Origin: an uncultured Nitrospinaceae bacterium
Lineage (GTDB): Bacteria; UBA8248
NCBI GenBank assembly: GCA_964005815.1
Contig: CAXFSR010000017.1
Coordinates: 160,001-224,000 of the forward strand
Direction of reading: 5' to 3'
DNA length: 64,000 bases
Numbering within the stretch: the stretch's first letter is position 1; the number at the start of each line of letters is the position of its first letter. Below are positions 1 to 10,683 of this stretch, one piece after another. The notes beneath the pieces are model-generated. The model saw only the letters and a list, made by a program, of their open reading frames with translations. It ran no database searches and was not told the origin of the DNA. A program made the position numbers and the translations under genes.

Positions 1-975
1 AATGTCATAATATTCACGAATTGTGTTCGCAACCATATCTGGTGTTCCAACAAACATGGTTCCAGCACCTCCTCTTACTCTATTCACGCCCATCCACATA
101 GTGTCTGTTAGCCAAAGGTTATCTCTGGAACCCATCTCATTTATTCGTTTCTGACCAACAGATTCAGTATTGTTTTTCATGTCGAACCAAAACCCAGTAT
201 TTTTCAATTCGCTTTTATCTATGAGTCCTTCAGCAGCCTTTCTTGCCTCTTCCTTTGTCTCTCTAACACAAACCAAATGCCGAATTCCAAATTCAATAGG
301 AGAATGTCTTTCATATTCTTTCGAAAGTTCTGTTACCTCTTTTATATCGCCAGATAGAGTTTTTGGTTCAGCAGCATACATCATATGAACATCAGCATAA
401 CGAGCTGCAATTCTTTTTCCTGGGTCGGAACTTCCTGCAAGATAAATAGGTGGATTCGGAATCGTATCTCTATCGGGAAAAATACTGCAGTTTTCAACAG
501 AAAAGAAATTTCCATCGTAATCTAATGGATCTTTGTTTCTCCAGAGACTGGTAACAATATCAAGAAATTCCTCAGTCCTTTTGTATCTGTCCTCATGAGG
601 AAGTGGATCTCCATATCTTTTTTGATCTACCGGTGTACTCCCTGTAACAATATTAAGAGTACATCTCCCATTAGTAAGATAATCCAAACTATTGGCTTGT
701 TGTGCGGCATAAACTGGACCTGTAATTCCAGGACGAAAAGCAACTAGAAATTTTATTTTTTTTGTTTTTGCAGCTACTGCGGACGCTACATTCCAGGCAT
801 CTATACAATGAGTCCCACAAGGAACTAGTATATTTGCAAAACCAGACTCCTCGGCAGCAGAAGTCACTTCCGCCAAATAATCTAGTGTTGCAGGTCTATC
901 AGGAACCTTTTGATTTACCTGACTGCCATCTCCTGCACGATGTGAACACAATGCCCAAATAAACTCTGTAGCCAT
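1..975 (-). CDS. LLM-class FMNH2-dependent monooxygenase, alkanesulfonate monooxygenase (SsuD)-like; 3' end runs off the window
   Basis: Absent from the ORF track; translated by hand from ATG at 975: MATEFIWALCSHRAGDG…LDYLAEVTSAAEESGF…CIDAWNVAS…KFLVAFRPG…NGRCTLNIVTG…HEDRYKRTEEFL…MWMGVNRVRGGAGTMFVGTPD, matching SsuD signature blocks; AAGGA RBS upstream. Confidence 0.88.
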   Translation of the reverse strand, partial: MATEFIWALCSHRAGDGSQVNQKVPDRPATLDYLAEVTSAAEESGFANILVPCGTHCIDAWNVASAVAAKTKKIKFLVAFRPGITGPVYAAQQANSLDYLTNGRCTLNIVTGSTPVDQKRYGDPLPHEDRYKRTEEFLDIVTSLWRNKDPLDYDGNFFSVENCSIFPDRDTIPNPPIYLAGSSDPGKRIAARYADVHMMYAAEPKTLSGDIKEVTELSKEYERHSPIEFGIRHLVCVRETKEEARKAAEGLIDKSELKNTGFWFDMKNNTESVGQKRINEMGSRDNLWLTDTMWMGVNRVRGGAGTMFVGTPDMVANTIREYYDI

Positions 976-1014
976 CCATAATTCCTTTAAATTCGAAAAA
1001 AATCTTTGCCACGA

Positions 1015-1734
1015 TCAAAAAATCTTAAATATCTTATCCGAAAATGAACGCGAACCTTCATTTTCATCTAAACTTTTGATCATTTCCACAAAATAAAAAT
1101 GATGGAGAATCGGATTCACATCTATTTCAAATCGAAATGATTGAAATCCCTTTTTCCTAATCCAAACTCGATGCGAACCTATACTTAATTTCTTTGTTGA
1201 TATTTTCGCATCCGCTTTTCCCAAATACTTACTTCCTACAAAAATTTCAGCAGGAGAAGGAGAAATATGAAAAGTAATCATTCCTCTACTATTACTTCCT
1301 ATTGGCACAACAAAATTTGTTTTTTTTCTCAAAAGTCTAAAATGGAAAACCGTAGAAATCTTCTCAGGAAACCGTGCAGTTAACGTATGAGAACCAAATT
1401 TAATTCCCTTAAGAACAACAGGCTTTCCTTTCAGTGCTCTTCCACGATTCATGCCGTTAAAAAAAATCATTCCACCATGAGGTTTTGTATTTACACTCAC
1501 GCTCCCTCTTGGAACATCTATAATAGGATCATCTTGCATAAAAGGAATTTTTGATGCAATTTTGTCTACAACATCTCCTGGGGATAAACTAGGAATTTCT
1601 GGTGTAATTTTTTCTAATAGTTTCTTAGAATTCTCAAATCTTTCCGAACCACAACCGACAAAAGAAAACACAGAAATGAACACTACGGCAATAGAAAAGA
1701 ATGAAGTTTTGCTATAACAGAAAAGAAATTTCAT
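1015..1734 (-). CDS. PEGA-domain lipoprotein
   Basis: Hydrophobic N-terminus with lipobox-like VGC; two PEGA-like repeats (SVNTKPHGGMIFFNG…GSHTLTA; ISPSPAEIFVGSKYLG…GSHRVWIRKKGF). Confidence 0.7.
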   Translation of the reverse strand: MKFLFCYSKTSFFSIAVVFISVFSFVGCGSERFENSKKLLEKITPEIPSLSPGDVVDKIASKIPFMQDDPIIDVPRGSVSVNTKPHGGMIFFNGMNRGRALKGKPVVLKGIKFGSHTLTARFPEKISTVFHFRLLRKKTNFVVPIGSNSRGMITFHISPSPAEIFVGSKYLGKADAKISTKKLSIGSHRVWIRKKGFQSFRFEIDVNPILHHFYFVEMIKSLDENEGSRSFSDKIFKIF

Positions 1735-1818
1735 TAAGAAACCTTAAAATGCTAAAATAAGAGAAATAAAAATATATATAGGAAGATAGCAAATAAAAGT
1801 GCGGAAAGGAACATAGAT

Positions 1819-3516
1819 ATGCAAGGCATAAAAAATCGCCTTACCGGAATGGGCGATAAAAAATTTAGTGCGTTTATTAGAAAAGCGTATGCAAAGGGAT
1901 TTGGACTCACGAATAAAGATCTAGATAGACCAATAATAGGAATCGCACAAACCTGGAGTGAACTTAATCCATGCCATAGACACCTTCGAGAGGTAGCAGA
2001 AGCTGTAAAACGTGGAGTATGGCAAGCCGGAGGTCTCCCTTTAGAATTTCCTACTATTTCTTTAGCAGAAATTTATATGTTTCCAACTTCAATGTTTTTC
2101 AGAAACCTGCTCTCCATGGATACAGAAGAAATGCTTAAAGGGCTTCCTCTGGATGGAACAATACTTTTGGGAGGTTGTGACAAAACTGTCCCTGCACAAC
2201 TCATGGGGGCTGCGAGTGCAGACATTCCATCTATGATAGTGACTGCAGGTCCAATGATTGGAGGTCATTACAAAGGAAAGAGAATTGGAGCATGTTCTGA
2301 CTGCAGAGGTCTTTGGAACGAACACAGAGCGGGAGTCTTTGATGACGAAAGCCTCGATGAGGTACAAGATGAGCTTTTCCCTTCTGCTGGAACATGCATG
2401 GTGATGGGAACTGCATGCACCATGGCGTCTCTAGCGGAAGCAATGGGTATGATGTTACCAGGTATGGCTGCAATTCCAGCCGTGAATTCAAAAAGACTTC
2501 GATTGGCTGAAGAAAGCGGAAGACAAATCATGACTCTAATAGAAAAAGGGATTACTCCTTCAAAAATTATCACTAAAGAATCCTTTGAAAATGCTATTAG
2601 AATTCTAATGGCTGTTGGCGGATCAACTAACGCAGTTGTTCATCTTCCTGCTATAGCAGGAAGATTAGGAATTGATCTTCCTCTGGAATTATTTGATGAA
2701 CTATCTAAATCTACTCCACTTATTGTTGATATTAGGCCATCTGGAGAAAAATATTTAATGGAAGACCTCGCGGCAGCAGGTGGCATCCCCTGTGTAATGA
2801 AAGAATTAGAAACCCTTTTACATGGTGATTGCATTACGGTCACGGGAAAATCTATTTCTGAAAATTTAGAAAATATTAAAGGCCCTGAAAATTGGCAAGA
2901 TGTTATTTACAAAAGAGAAAAACCTATATCACCAGAAGGTGGACTCGTAGTTTTATATGGAAGTCTTGCTCCAGATGGTGCTGTTTTAAAAGTTTCTGCA
3001 GCTGACCCTAAAAAATTGCAGCACAAGGGGAAAGCCGTTGTTTTTAAATCTCAAGAAGATATGGACAAAAGAATCGATGACCCTGACTTACCTGCAACTA
3101 AAGATAGCGTCTTTGTACTTCAAAATTCAGGTCCAATAGGAGCTCCCGGGTTCCCAGAAGCGGGTTTCTTGCCTATTCCTAAAAAACTCTTAGAAGCAGG
3201 AGTCAGAGATATAGTTAGAATTTCTGATGCACGAATGAGTGGAACTTCTGGAGGAACAACAATTTTACATGTCGCACCAGAAGCTGCGAAAGGAGGTCCT
3301 CTCGCATTAGTTGAAGATGGAGATATGATAGAACTTGATGTGCCAAACAGAAAACTCAACTTACTCGTAGAAAAGGAGGAACTAGAAAACAGAAAACAAA
3401 ATTGGAATCCTCCAAAACCTCAATATAATAGAGGTTATGGAAAGATTTTTCTCGATCATGTCTTACAAGCTCCACAGGGATGCGACTTTGATTTCTTACA
3501 AAAAGAGCCTGAATAA
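1819..3516 (+). CDS. IlvD/Edd-family dehydratase (sugar-acid dehydratase-like subgroup)
   Basis: WSELNPCH, GGCDKT, GTCMVMGTA, GGSTNAVVH, SDARMSGT motifs; AAGGA RBS. Confidence 0.9.
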   Translation: MQGIKNRLTGMGDKKFSAFIRKAYAKGFGLTNKDLDRPIIGIAQTWSELNPCHRHLREVAEAVKRGVWQAGGLPLEFPTISLAEIYMFPTSMFFRNLLSMDTEEMLKGLPLDGTILLGGCDKTVPAQLMGAASADIPSMIVTAGPMIGGHYKGKRIGACSDCRGLWNEHRAGVFDDESLDEVQDELFPSAGTCMVMGTACTMASLAEAMGMMLPGMAAIPAVNSKRLRLAEESGRQIMTLIEKGITPSKIITKESFENAIRILMAVGGSTNAVVHLPAIAGRLGIDLPLELFDELSKSTPLIVDIRPSGEKYLMEDLAAAGGIPCVMKELETLLHGDCITVTGKSISENLENIKGPENWQDVIYKREKPISPEGGLVVLYGSLAPDGAVLKVSAADPKKLQHKGKAVVFKSQEDMDKRIDDPDLPATKDSVFVLQNSGPIGAPGFPEAGFLPIPKKLLEAGVRDIVRISDARMSGTSGGTTILHVAPEAAKGGPLALVEDGDMIELDVPNRKLNLLVEKEELENRKQNWNPPKPQYNRGYGKIFLDHVLQAPQGCDFDFLQKEPE

Positions 3517-3548
3517 GAACTATTTAAAATTTAACACGAAAGCCAAAA

Positions 3549-4220
3549 ATGTGTGGTAGATATTCTCTTTCAGAACCAGAACATTGTATTCATAAGTTAA
3601 CTGGCTTCTCTAGAGGAAAAACAATAGAACCAAATTTCAATATCTGTCCTGGGACACATGTTCCGGCCCTGCTAGGCATGGAAGAAAAGAAACCTATTCT
3701 TTCACTTTTGCAATGGGGATTGATTCCATTTTGGGCAAAAGAGAATAAAACTCTTCCTTCTTTGATTAATGCCCGCGTAGAAACTATTACTGAAAAACCT
3801 TCTTTTAGAACTCCATTTCGCTACAGAAGATGTCTCCTCCCAGCAGATGGTTTTTTTGAGTGGAAAAAAGAAAATAGAGAAAAAATACCTTATTTTATCT
3901 CTCTGAAAAACAAAAATCCTTTTTTCTTTGCAGGAATTTGGGATCAGTGGGTCTCAGAACAAGGGATCGAAAAACAAACTTTCGCTATTCTTACTACAAA
4001 AGCAAAAGGTCATATTTCAAACATACACGAAAGAATGCCAGTAATTTTCTCAGGTAGTAAAAACAAAGATTGGTTGAATCCAGAAATTAATTCACCAAAA
4101 AAAGTACAAGGAATTCTAGAGACCTCAACAGAAATTTCTTTTGAAATAAATAGGGTAAGTAAGTACGTAAACAATCCCAGAAATAACGGGATTGAATGCA
4201 TTACTTCTGTTACAGCTTGA
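3549..4220 (+). CDS. SOS response-associated peptidase (SRAP/YedK/HMCES), abasic-site protection
   Basis: N-terminal MCGRY, INARVET, RRCLLPADGFFEW, IHERMPVI. Confidence 0.93.
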   Translation: MCGRYSLSEPEHCIHKLTGFSRGKTIEPNFNICPGTHVPALLGMEEKKPILSLLQWGLIPFWAKENKTLPSLINARVETITEKPSFRTPFRYRRCLLPADGFFEWKKENREKIPYFISLKNKNPFFFAGIWDQWVSEQGIEKQTFAILTTKAKGHISNIHERMPVIFSGSKNKDWLNPEINSPKKVQGILETSTEISFEINRVSKYVNNPRNNGIECITSVTA

Positions 4221-4243
4221 AAAAGACTTTTATTGGAATTAAC

Positions 4244-4990
4244 TTATTTTCCTGAAAGTGTTGCGCTGATAAATTCTCGATTCATCTTTGCTATATGACT
4301 AATACTTATTTCTTTTGGACAAGCGGCTTCACATTCAGCATGATTAGTACAGTTTCCGAATCCTTCACTATCCATCTGACCAACCATTTTAAGAACACGT
4401 TGTTTGCGTTCAGGATGACCCTGAGGAAGATTTGCTAAATGAGAAACTTTAGCAGAAACAAACAACATCGCGGAACCATTCGGACAAGAGGCAACACAAG
4501 CTCCACATCCAATACATTGTGCAGCATCCATAGCTAAATCAGAATCCTGTTTAGGAACTAGGATAGAATTTCCGTCAGGAGCACTTCCTGAATTAGCAGA
4601 AATATAGCCACCTTTTTGAATAATTCTGTCAAAAGAAGAACGATCAACTATCAAATCTTTAATTACAGGAAAAGCTTTGGATCTAAAAGGTTCAATGGTA
4701 ATCGTATCCCCATCCTTAAAAAACCGCATATGTAACTGACAAGTCGTCGTACCCTTATTACCACCATGTGCCTTTCCGTTAATTACGAGAGAACACATTC
4801 CACATATTCCTTCTCTACAGTCATAATCAAAAGCAATTGGTTCTTTGCCATCAAGAATCAACTGTTCATTTGTCACATCTAGCATTTCGAGAAAGGACAT
4901 TTCTTGTATGATATTATCAACTTCATATGTCTCGAAATCTCCTTTTTCTTGAGTATTCTTTTGACGCCAGACACGTAGAGTCAATTTCAT
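4244..4990 (-). CDS. sdhB: Succinate dehydrogenase/fumarate reductase iron-sulfur subunit
   Basis: [34 protein letters not shown] cluster motifs; operon position. Confidence 0.95.
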   Translation of the reverse strand: MKLTLRVWRQKNTQEKGDFETYEVDNIIQEMSFLEMLDVTNEQLILDGKEPIAFDYDCREGICGMCSLVINGKAHGGNKGTTTCQLHMRFFKDGDTITIEPFRSKAFPVIKDLIVDRSSFDRIIQKGGYISANSGSAPDGNSILVPKQDSDLAMDAAQCIGCGACVASCPNGSAMLFVSAKVSHLANLPQGHPERKQRVLKMVGQMDSEGFGNCTNHAECEAACPKEISISHIAKMNREFISATLSGK

Positions 4991-6903
4991 TATTTATAAC
5001 TCCTTACACTTGGTTGTACTGATTCGAATTCTAACTCTTCTTTATGAAGTTCAGGAACTTTAGATTCTCCTTTATATTCCCATGCTGAAACATGTGAGAA
5101 ATTCTCATCATCTCTCAGTGCCTCTCCTTCTTCAGTCTGATGCTCTTCTCTAAAATGTCCACCACATGACTCTTCCCTACTGAGAGCATCCCTACACATC
5201 AGTTCCCCAAAATCTAGAAAATCCGCAACTCTAGCTGCTTTTTCAAGTTCTCCATTATTTTCACTACCTGCCCCAGGAACATGAACATTTTGCCAGAACT
5301 CCTCTTTCAAAGCAGGAATTAAATTTAGAACTTTCTCCAAACCTTCTTTCGTTCTTGACATCCCACAATATTCCCAACAAAGCAGACCAAGTTCTCTATG
5401 GAAAGAAGTAACTGTTCGTTTCCCTTTCACATTAAGCAGACGGTCTAAATGGGAATTTACACCATTTAGTGCTTCTTTGAACTCGTCTTTTTCGTTCGTT
5501 ATCTCTCCATATTTCTCTCCTGCCAGATAATTACTTACAGTATATGGAGCAACAAAATATCCATCTGCCAACCCTTGCATCAATGCACTTGCACCAAGTC
5601 TATTAGCACCATGATCTGAAAAATTAGCTTCTCCAAGAACAAAAAGCCCAGGGATATTACTCATTAAATTATAATCTACCCAGAGACCTCCCATTGTATA
5701 ATGCACAGCAGGATAAATTCTCATAGGAACGCTATATGCATTCTCTCCAGTAATTTTCTCATACATATCGAAAAGGTTTCCGTATCTCTGTTTGACAAGA
5801 TCCAGACCTAGTCTTTCAATAGAATCCCTGAAATCAAGATACACACCTAAACCTGTATCACCAACGCCTCTACCTTCATCGCACGCACGCTTAGCAGCTC
5901 TAGATGAAATATCTCTTGGAGCTAAGTTTCCAAAACTAGGATACATACGTTCAAGGTAATAGTCGCGCTCATCCTCAGGAATCTCATCAGGATGACGTTT
6001 GTCACCAGCTGTCTTAGGCGCCCAAACACGTCCATCATTTCTCAAAGATTCTGACATTAATGTGAGTTTTGATTGATGATCTCCGGTTACCGGAACACAA
6101 GTCGGATGAATCTGCGTATAACAAGGATTTGCGAAACCAGCCCCTTTCTTATACGCCTTAATTGTAGCACTTACATTGTTTCCCATTGCATTAGTAGAAA
6201 GATAAAAAACGGGGCCGTATCCACCTGTTGCTAAGATAACTGCATCTGCAGCATGAGCCTCTAACTCTCCAGAAACTAAATTTCTAGTAATAATTCCTTT
6301 TGCTTTTCCGTCTACAAGAACTAAATCTTGCATTTCTGTCCTGGTATGCATACGGACCTGACCAGTCTCAATCTGCCTACTTAATGCAGCATATACACCG
6401 AGGAGTAATTGCTGGCCTGTTTGTCCTCTCGCATAGAAAGTTCTAGAAACCTGCGCTCCACCAAAAGAACGATTTGCAAGCTGACCACCATATTCACGTG
6501 CGAAAGGAACACCCATAGCAACACATTGGTCAATAATGTTTGCACTTACCTGGGCTAGACGATATACATTCGCTTCACGTGAGCGAAAATCTCCACCCTT
6601 AATTGTATCGTAGAAAAGTCGATAAATACTATCACCATCATTTTGATAATTTTTTGCAGCATTAATACCACCCTGGGCTGCTATACTGTGCGCTCTTCTT
6701 GGGCTATCCTGAAAACAAAAACAATCTACATTATATCCAAGTTCACCGAGTGAAGCTGCCACTCCTCCTCCTGCAAGTCCCGAACCAACAACAATGACTC
6801 TATACCTTCTTTTATTAGCAGGATTAACGAGTTTCATATCAAAACGACTATTATCCCACTTATTCTCTAAAGGTCCTGAGGGTATATTCGAATCTATTTT
6901 CAT
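4990..6903 (-). CDS. sdhA: Succinate dehydrogenase/fumarate reductase flavoprotein subunit
   Basis: GSGLAG FAD motif, [44 protein letters not shown]. Confidence 0.96.
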   Translation of the reverse strand: MKIDSNIPSGPLENKWDNSRFDMKLVNPANKRRYRVIVVGSGLAGGGVAASLGELGYNVDCFCFQDSPRRAHSIAAQGGINAAKNYQNDGDSIYRLFYDTIKGGDFRSREANVYRLAQVSANIIDQCVAMGVPFAREYGGQLANRSFGGAQVSRTFYARGQTGQQLLLGVYAALSRQIETGQVRMHTRTEMQDLVLVDGKAKGIITRNLVSGELEAHAADAVILATGGYGPVFYLSTNAMGNNVSATIKAYKKGAGFANPCYTQIHPTCVPVTGDHQSKLTLMSESLRNDGRVWAPKTAGDKRHPDEIPEDERDYYLERMYPSFGNLAPRDISSRAAKRACDEGRGVGDTGLGVYLDFRDSIERLGLDLVKQRYGNLFDMYEKITGENAYSVPMRIYPAVHYTMGGLWVDYNLMSNIPGLFVLGEANFSDHGANRLGASALMQGLADGYFVAPYTVSNYLAGEKYGEITNEKDEFKEALNGVNSHLDRLLNVKGKRTVTSFHRELGLLCWEYCGMSRTKEGLEKVLNLIPALKEEFWQNVHVPGAGSENNGELEKAARVADFLDFGELMCRDALSREESCGGHFREEHQTEEGEALRDDENFSHVSAWEYKGESKVPELHKEELEFESVQPSVRSYK

Positions 6904-6915
6904 TCTGCAACCTCT

Positions 6916-7599
6916 CTAAGGGAGTTTCAAAAGTCCAGCAATAACGGATAAAGGAATAGAAATAAAACCTACAGAAATCAAAAACGCCAACAAGGAACCC
7001 ACTTTTTTCAGAGCTGTATTCTCAGCGTAATTTGCTATTCCTAATGTTTGAAAAAGACTGGAAATTCCGTGATTTAAATGCAATCCAAGAAGAATCATTG
7101 CAACTATATAAACAATTGAGACTGTTACATTAGAAAAACCAATGACAATCATTTTATACACGTCAAATCTTCCCTGCGAATCTACTAGCGAACCGAACTC
7201 TGGATTTGTGATATGCAAGGTGAAGTGCAACAAATGATATATTACAAAAACAAGAACTAAGGAACCACTTAAAATCATAGATTTCGCTGAAATTGAAGTA
7301 GTCATAGACTCTAACTCCGAATAATCGTTAGGTCTTGCACTTTTATTAATCCTCCAAAGCCTTACAGCAGAAGCAATGTGGATAATAAAAACGACTAAGA
7401 GGCCAATTCTGGCAACCCAAAGAAGGCCACCAAGATCTTTTAAACTCTGTGCATATGCATTTGCGGCTTCTGGTCCAAGAAACACAAGAAGGTTTCCTGA
7501 AACATGAGCAATCACGAAAAGAAACAGAAGAAGTCCTGAGACTGCCATTACTAATTTAGTTCCAATGGAAGATTGGAACAGAAGCGTTACACGGCTCAT
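6916..7599 (-). CDS. sdhC: Succinate dehydrogenase cytochrome b558 membrane anchor
   Basis: SSIGTKLVMAVSG start, five hydrophobic segments with His ligands, first gene of sdhCAB. Confidence 0.92.
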   Translation of the reverse strand: MSRVTLLFQSSIGTKLVMAVSGLLLFLFVIAHVSGNLLVFLGPEAANAYAQSLKDLGGLLWVARIGLLVVFIIHIASAVRLWRINKSARPNDYSELESMTTSISAKSMILSGSLVLVFVIYHLLHFTLHITNPEFGSLVDSQGRFDVYKMIVIGFSNVTVSIVYIVAMILLGLHLNHGISSLFQTLGIANYAENTALKKVGSLLAFLISVGFISIPLSVIAGLLKLP

Positions 7600-7658
7600 T
7601 AAAACTCCACAAAAAACAAGTTTCGGTCTAATTGGCTATATCATAAAAACAAGAAAAA

Positions 7659-7687
7659 AATGTATAGTGGATGAATTACTAGGTCAA
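7659..7687 (-). promoter_or_regulatory. Putative sigma70 promoter of sdhCAB
   Basis: Minus strand TTGACC-N17-TACATT, 60 nt upstream of sdhC. Confidence 0.45.
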
Positions 7688-7763
7688 CTGCGTTTATAAT
7701 AAAAAATAAAAAAATTATCCAAGTTAGTAAGTTAACTTTCTAAAAAATGATATTGAGGAAGCA

Positions 7764-8894
7764 ATGCAAATACCATATGACGAAAAAAAATTTGATTCTC
7801 TCATGGATGACTCTGGAATTGATCTTGTCCTTGCAAATACAAGACAAAACATTCGATATCTATCCGGTGGATATTTCTTTCACTTTCATGAAAGGTTTAC
7901 TGCTTTCGGTGAAAGTCAATACACTCCTTTGGTTGGAGTCCCGAAAGGTAAACAAGACCAGTCTTTCTACATAGGCCATCAAAATGAATCCGGCCAAGCT
8001 ACGGAGGAAAATTTGTGGTTCACAAACAGAATTAACTGTCAAAGAGTAACGTCTGTTTCAGGAGAAAATGCAGCAATCGCGATTAAAAAATTAGGTCTTG
8101 AAAAAGGTACTATAGCAGTAGAAAAAGATTTTCTTCCCTCAAGCGCTCTGGATACAATGAGAAAAGAACTTCCTGATGCAAATTTTGTTGAAGCACTTTA
8201 TGTTCTAGAAGAACTTAGAGCAGTAAAATCAGATGAAGAAATTGAACTTATGCGCAGAATTACAGAGGCAGATGCCGAAGCTATTGAACTCGGGTTTCAA
8301 TCTGGAAAAGGTGGAACTACTACTAAAGAAATTGCGCAAACAGTCGAAAGAGAACTTACCAATAGAGGAGTTTGTTTTCTGTGGGTTTTCACTTCTGCTG
8401 GCACAAAAATGCTTCGTGCCCCATCCAATAAAACTTGGGAAATAGGAGAAGTCCTTCATCTAGATGCAGGAGGTTCAGAAAACGATTATCTCACGGATGT
8501 TTGTAGAATGGGTGTCCGCGGAGAACCATCGAAACAAGCTTCGGATGTATATACAAGTTGTCTTGCTATTCAGGATGAGGTTCGTTCTGTAATACGAAAA
8601 GGGGAACACTACAATACAATTTATAATCTTGGAGAAAAACTGGTAGAAGAATCTGGGCACGGAAGTTACGGCTCTTTCATAATTCATGGAGTTGGATTGA
8701 TTTCCCATGAACAGCCTAGATTCGGCCCGGATATAGAAAGAGAACTAGAAAGTGGAATGATGATTTCTATAGAAACAGACATAAGACATCCAGAAGTTGG
8801 ATATGTAAAATTAGAAGACACTGTAGTTGTAACAGATACAGGATGCGAAGGACTTGGCGACGCAGGAAGGGAGTTTTATACAATCATCGAATAA
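7764..8894 (+). CDS. M24 (Xaa-Pro peptidase/creatinase-fold) hydrolase
   Basis: NIRYLSG N-domain, LRAVKSDEEI, ligands D(LDAG), D(TDVCR), H(IHGVG), E(SIET), E(LEDT). Confidence 0.88.
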   Translation: MQIPYDEKKFDSLMDDSGIDLVLANTRQNIRYLSGGYFFHFHERFTAFGESQYTPLVGVPKGKQDQSFYIGHQNESGQATEENLWFTNRINCQRVTSVSGENAAIAIKKLGLEKGTIAVEKDFLPSSALDTMRKELPDANFVEALYVLEELRAVKSDEEIELMRRITEADAEAIELGFQSGKGGTTTKEIAQTVERELTNRGVCFLWVFTSAGTKMLRAPSNKTWEIGEVLHLDAGGSENDYLTDVCRMGVRGEPSKQASDVYTSCLAIQDEVRSVIRKGEHYNTIYNLGEKLVEESGHGSYGSFIIHGVGLISHEQPRFGPDIERELESGMMISIETDIRHPEVGYVKLEDTVVVTDTGCEGLGDAGREFYTIIE

Positions 8895-8914
8895 ATCTAT
8901 AGAAGGAGTCTCCG

Positions 8915-9499
8915 ATGGCAAAGATACCGCCCAAATTTGTAGGTCTCCAGCATATAGCAATAAAGGTACATGATATTGAATTAGCCCGCCGGTTTTATAC
9001 AGAAATACTTGGATTTACTATTACAGAAAACTATAAACCGGGAGAAATTCCGGATTTTCCTTTTGGATTGTGTTTCATGCGGTGTACGGAACTGCATCAT
9101 GACGTGAATCTTGTCTATTGGCCAAAAGGAGAAGTGAATTCTGAAGAACAGCGTTCCTTTGACTCTATACAAGTAGGAGTTCATCACTTTGCTCTTCAGG
9201 TAGAAAACAGGAATGTGCTAGAAGAGTGGAAATCTCATTTAGAATCAAACGAAATCGAAATTTTCTATGGCCCTGCAATTCATAGTCCTACACATCCAGA
9301 AGGTGATGGATTATGGGGAGAGAATCACGCTTTATATATAAGCGACCCCTCTGGGAACTCTATTGAAATTTTCTGCGACATGGCCCCTATGGACCCATAT
9401 ACCAACAGAGTAAACGAAAAATGGTTTAGAGACCGTCTAAGCAGAGATGGTCATAATCCTATCGACTACGACCCGCCACAAGCAGGAAAGATTGATTAG
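8915..9499 (+). CDS. VOC-family protein (extradiol dioxygenase/glyoxalase-like)
   Basis: QHIAIKVHDIELARRFY, LHHD, VHHFALQV, LYISDPSGNSIE. Confidence 0.85.
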   Translation: MAKIPPKFVGLQHIAIKVHDIELARRFYTEILGFTITENYKPGEIPDFPFGLCFMRCTELHHDVNLVYWPKGEVNSEEQRSFDSIQVGVHHFALQVENRNVLEEWKSHLESNEIEIFYGPAIHSPTHPEGDGLWGENHALYISDPSGNSIEIFCDMAPMDPYTNRVNEKWFRDRLSRDGHNPIDYDPPQAGKID

Positions 9500-9548
9500 A
9501 TAATGAAATATGAGTATATTTCTCGTCTGTTTGTAAACAAATAAAATG

Positions 9549-10598
9549 CTATTCGATTTTATAAATTTTCATTGCATTTTCTTTTGAAATTTTAAGTGCA
9601 ATATCAGATGGCAATAAGGACAAAAAATATTTAGTTGCCTTTAGCTTCTGTATATTTCGTCTGCCAAATTGTGCACCTGGTCCAGCTCCTTTTATATCTG
9701 GCGAAATGAAAAATGAGTCAGAACCAATAACAAAACGGTCTGGATGACGATTGAAAAGTTTACTCCAAACGGGTTCTATTTCTCCAAAACTCAGTATTTT
9801 ATTAAACATCGGTGCTCTTCCACCTACTACCCGTAAACTTACATAAAGATTCGGATATTTATCCATCAAAGAACTTATCAAAGAAGCAGACATTGAACCC
9901 AAAGGGTCAGATCCTCCGTGAGCCCAAACAATTTTCGCTTTTAAATTATGAGCCAACAACTTTTTCAAAGCAGGAATTGTTGCTGGCAAGTTATCGGGAT
10001 TATCCGCATCTTTAAAACGAAATGGTGTAGGCATTTCCTTACTTGTCGCATCCATATGCAGATCAATTGGAACATCAAATTGTGCTGCGACATCTGCTAA
10101 AATTTTGAGGAGAGGATGATCTGCTGGAACAAATTCATATGGATGACCAGACACTGCAGAAATATGAAGAGATGCCATTTCACCAAAACCAATAGCACCA
10201 TCTTTCAAAGTTTTAACTGCTAATTTACGAAATTCTCTCTTAATTTCTTTCGTAATTAAACTTTTATCTCTATATTTATGCAATAAAACATTTAAAGACC
10301 CTCCTCCTCCAAGGAACAAAAATCGATCCTTATTTTCATTTAAGGCATCAATAAAAGCAGAATAATCATACCCATCAACGCTTGGGATTTGGGGTGGAGA
10401 CATTATTATTGCTTTTTCGATTCCTATCCGGTTCATTACCTCGAGAGCAGCATCTACTGCACCTTCATAATCTACGTTATCTCCTCTTCCACCGACTAAG
10501 TGAACGTGCACATCAATGAAATCTATAGCCAAAATAGATCTGTTTTGGGAAAAAGAGAAAAACATAAAGAAACATATAAAAACGATAAATTTTTTCAT
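9549..10598 (-). CDS. Amidohydrolase-family protein, probably exported
   Basis: Signal-peptide-like N-terminus; IDVHVH, GFGE, DLH, WAHGG, IGSD metal motifs. Confidence 0.8.
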   Translation of the reverse strand: MKKFIVFICFFMFFSFSQNRSILAIDFIDVHVHLVGGRGDNVDYEGAVDAALEVMNRIGIEKAIIMSPPQIPSVDGYDYSAFIDALNENKDRFLFLGGGGSLNVLLHKYRDKSLITKEIKREFRKLAVKTLKDGAIGFGEMASLHISAVSGHPYEFVPADHPLLKILADVAAQFDVPIDLHMDATSKEMPTPFRFKDADNPDNLPATIPALKKLLAHNLKAKIVWAHGGSDPLGSMSASLISSLMDKYPNLYVSLRVVGGRAPMFNKILSFGEIEPVWSKLFNRHPDRFVIGSDSFFISPDIKGAGPGAQFGRRNIQKLKATKYFLSLLPSDIALKISKENAMKIYKIE

Positions 10599-10683
10599 TT
10601 TCTAAGTTTGACAGAAAAAGTCATAGATTTCTATCAGAAAGAATATTGCAATGAGTAATAAAAGAAAAAATATAAAAAGGTTT

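Noticed and set aside
973..1017. The TGA stop of the PEGA lipoprotein is in frame with the downstream SsuD-like gene, with no intervening stop (possible read-through fusion)
   Set aside because: Only 13 codons, easily chance; no SECIS-like hairpin or Cys context; the SsuD-like gene has its own RBS; fusing an exported lipoprotein to a cytoplasmic flavoenzyme is implausible
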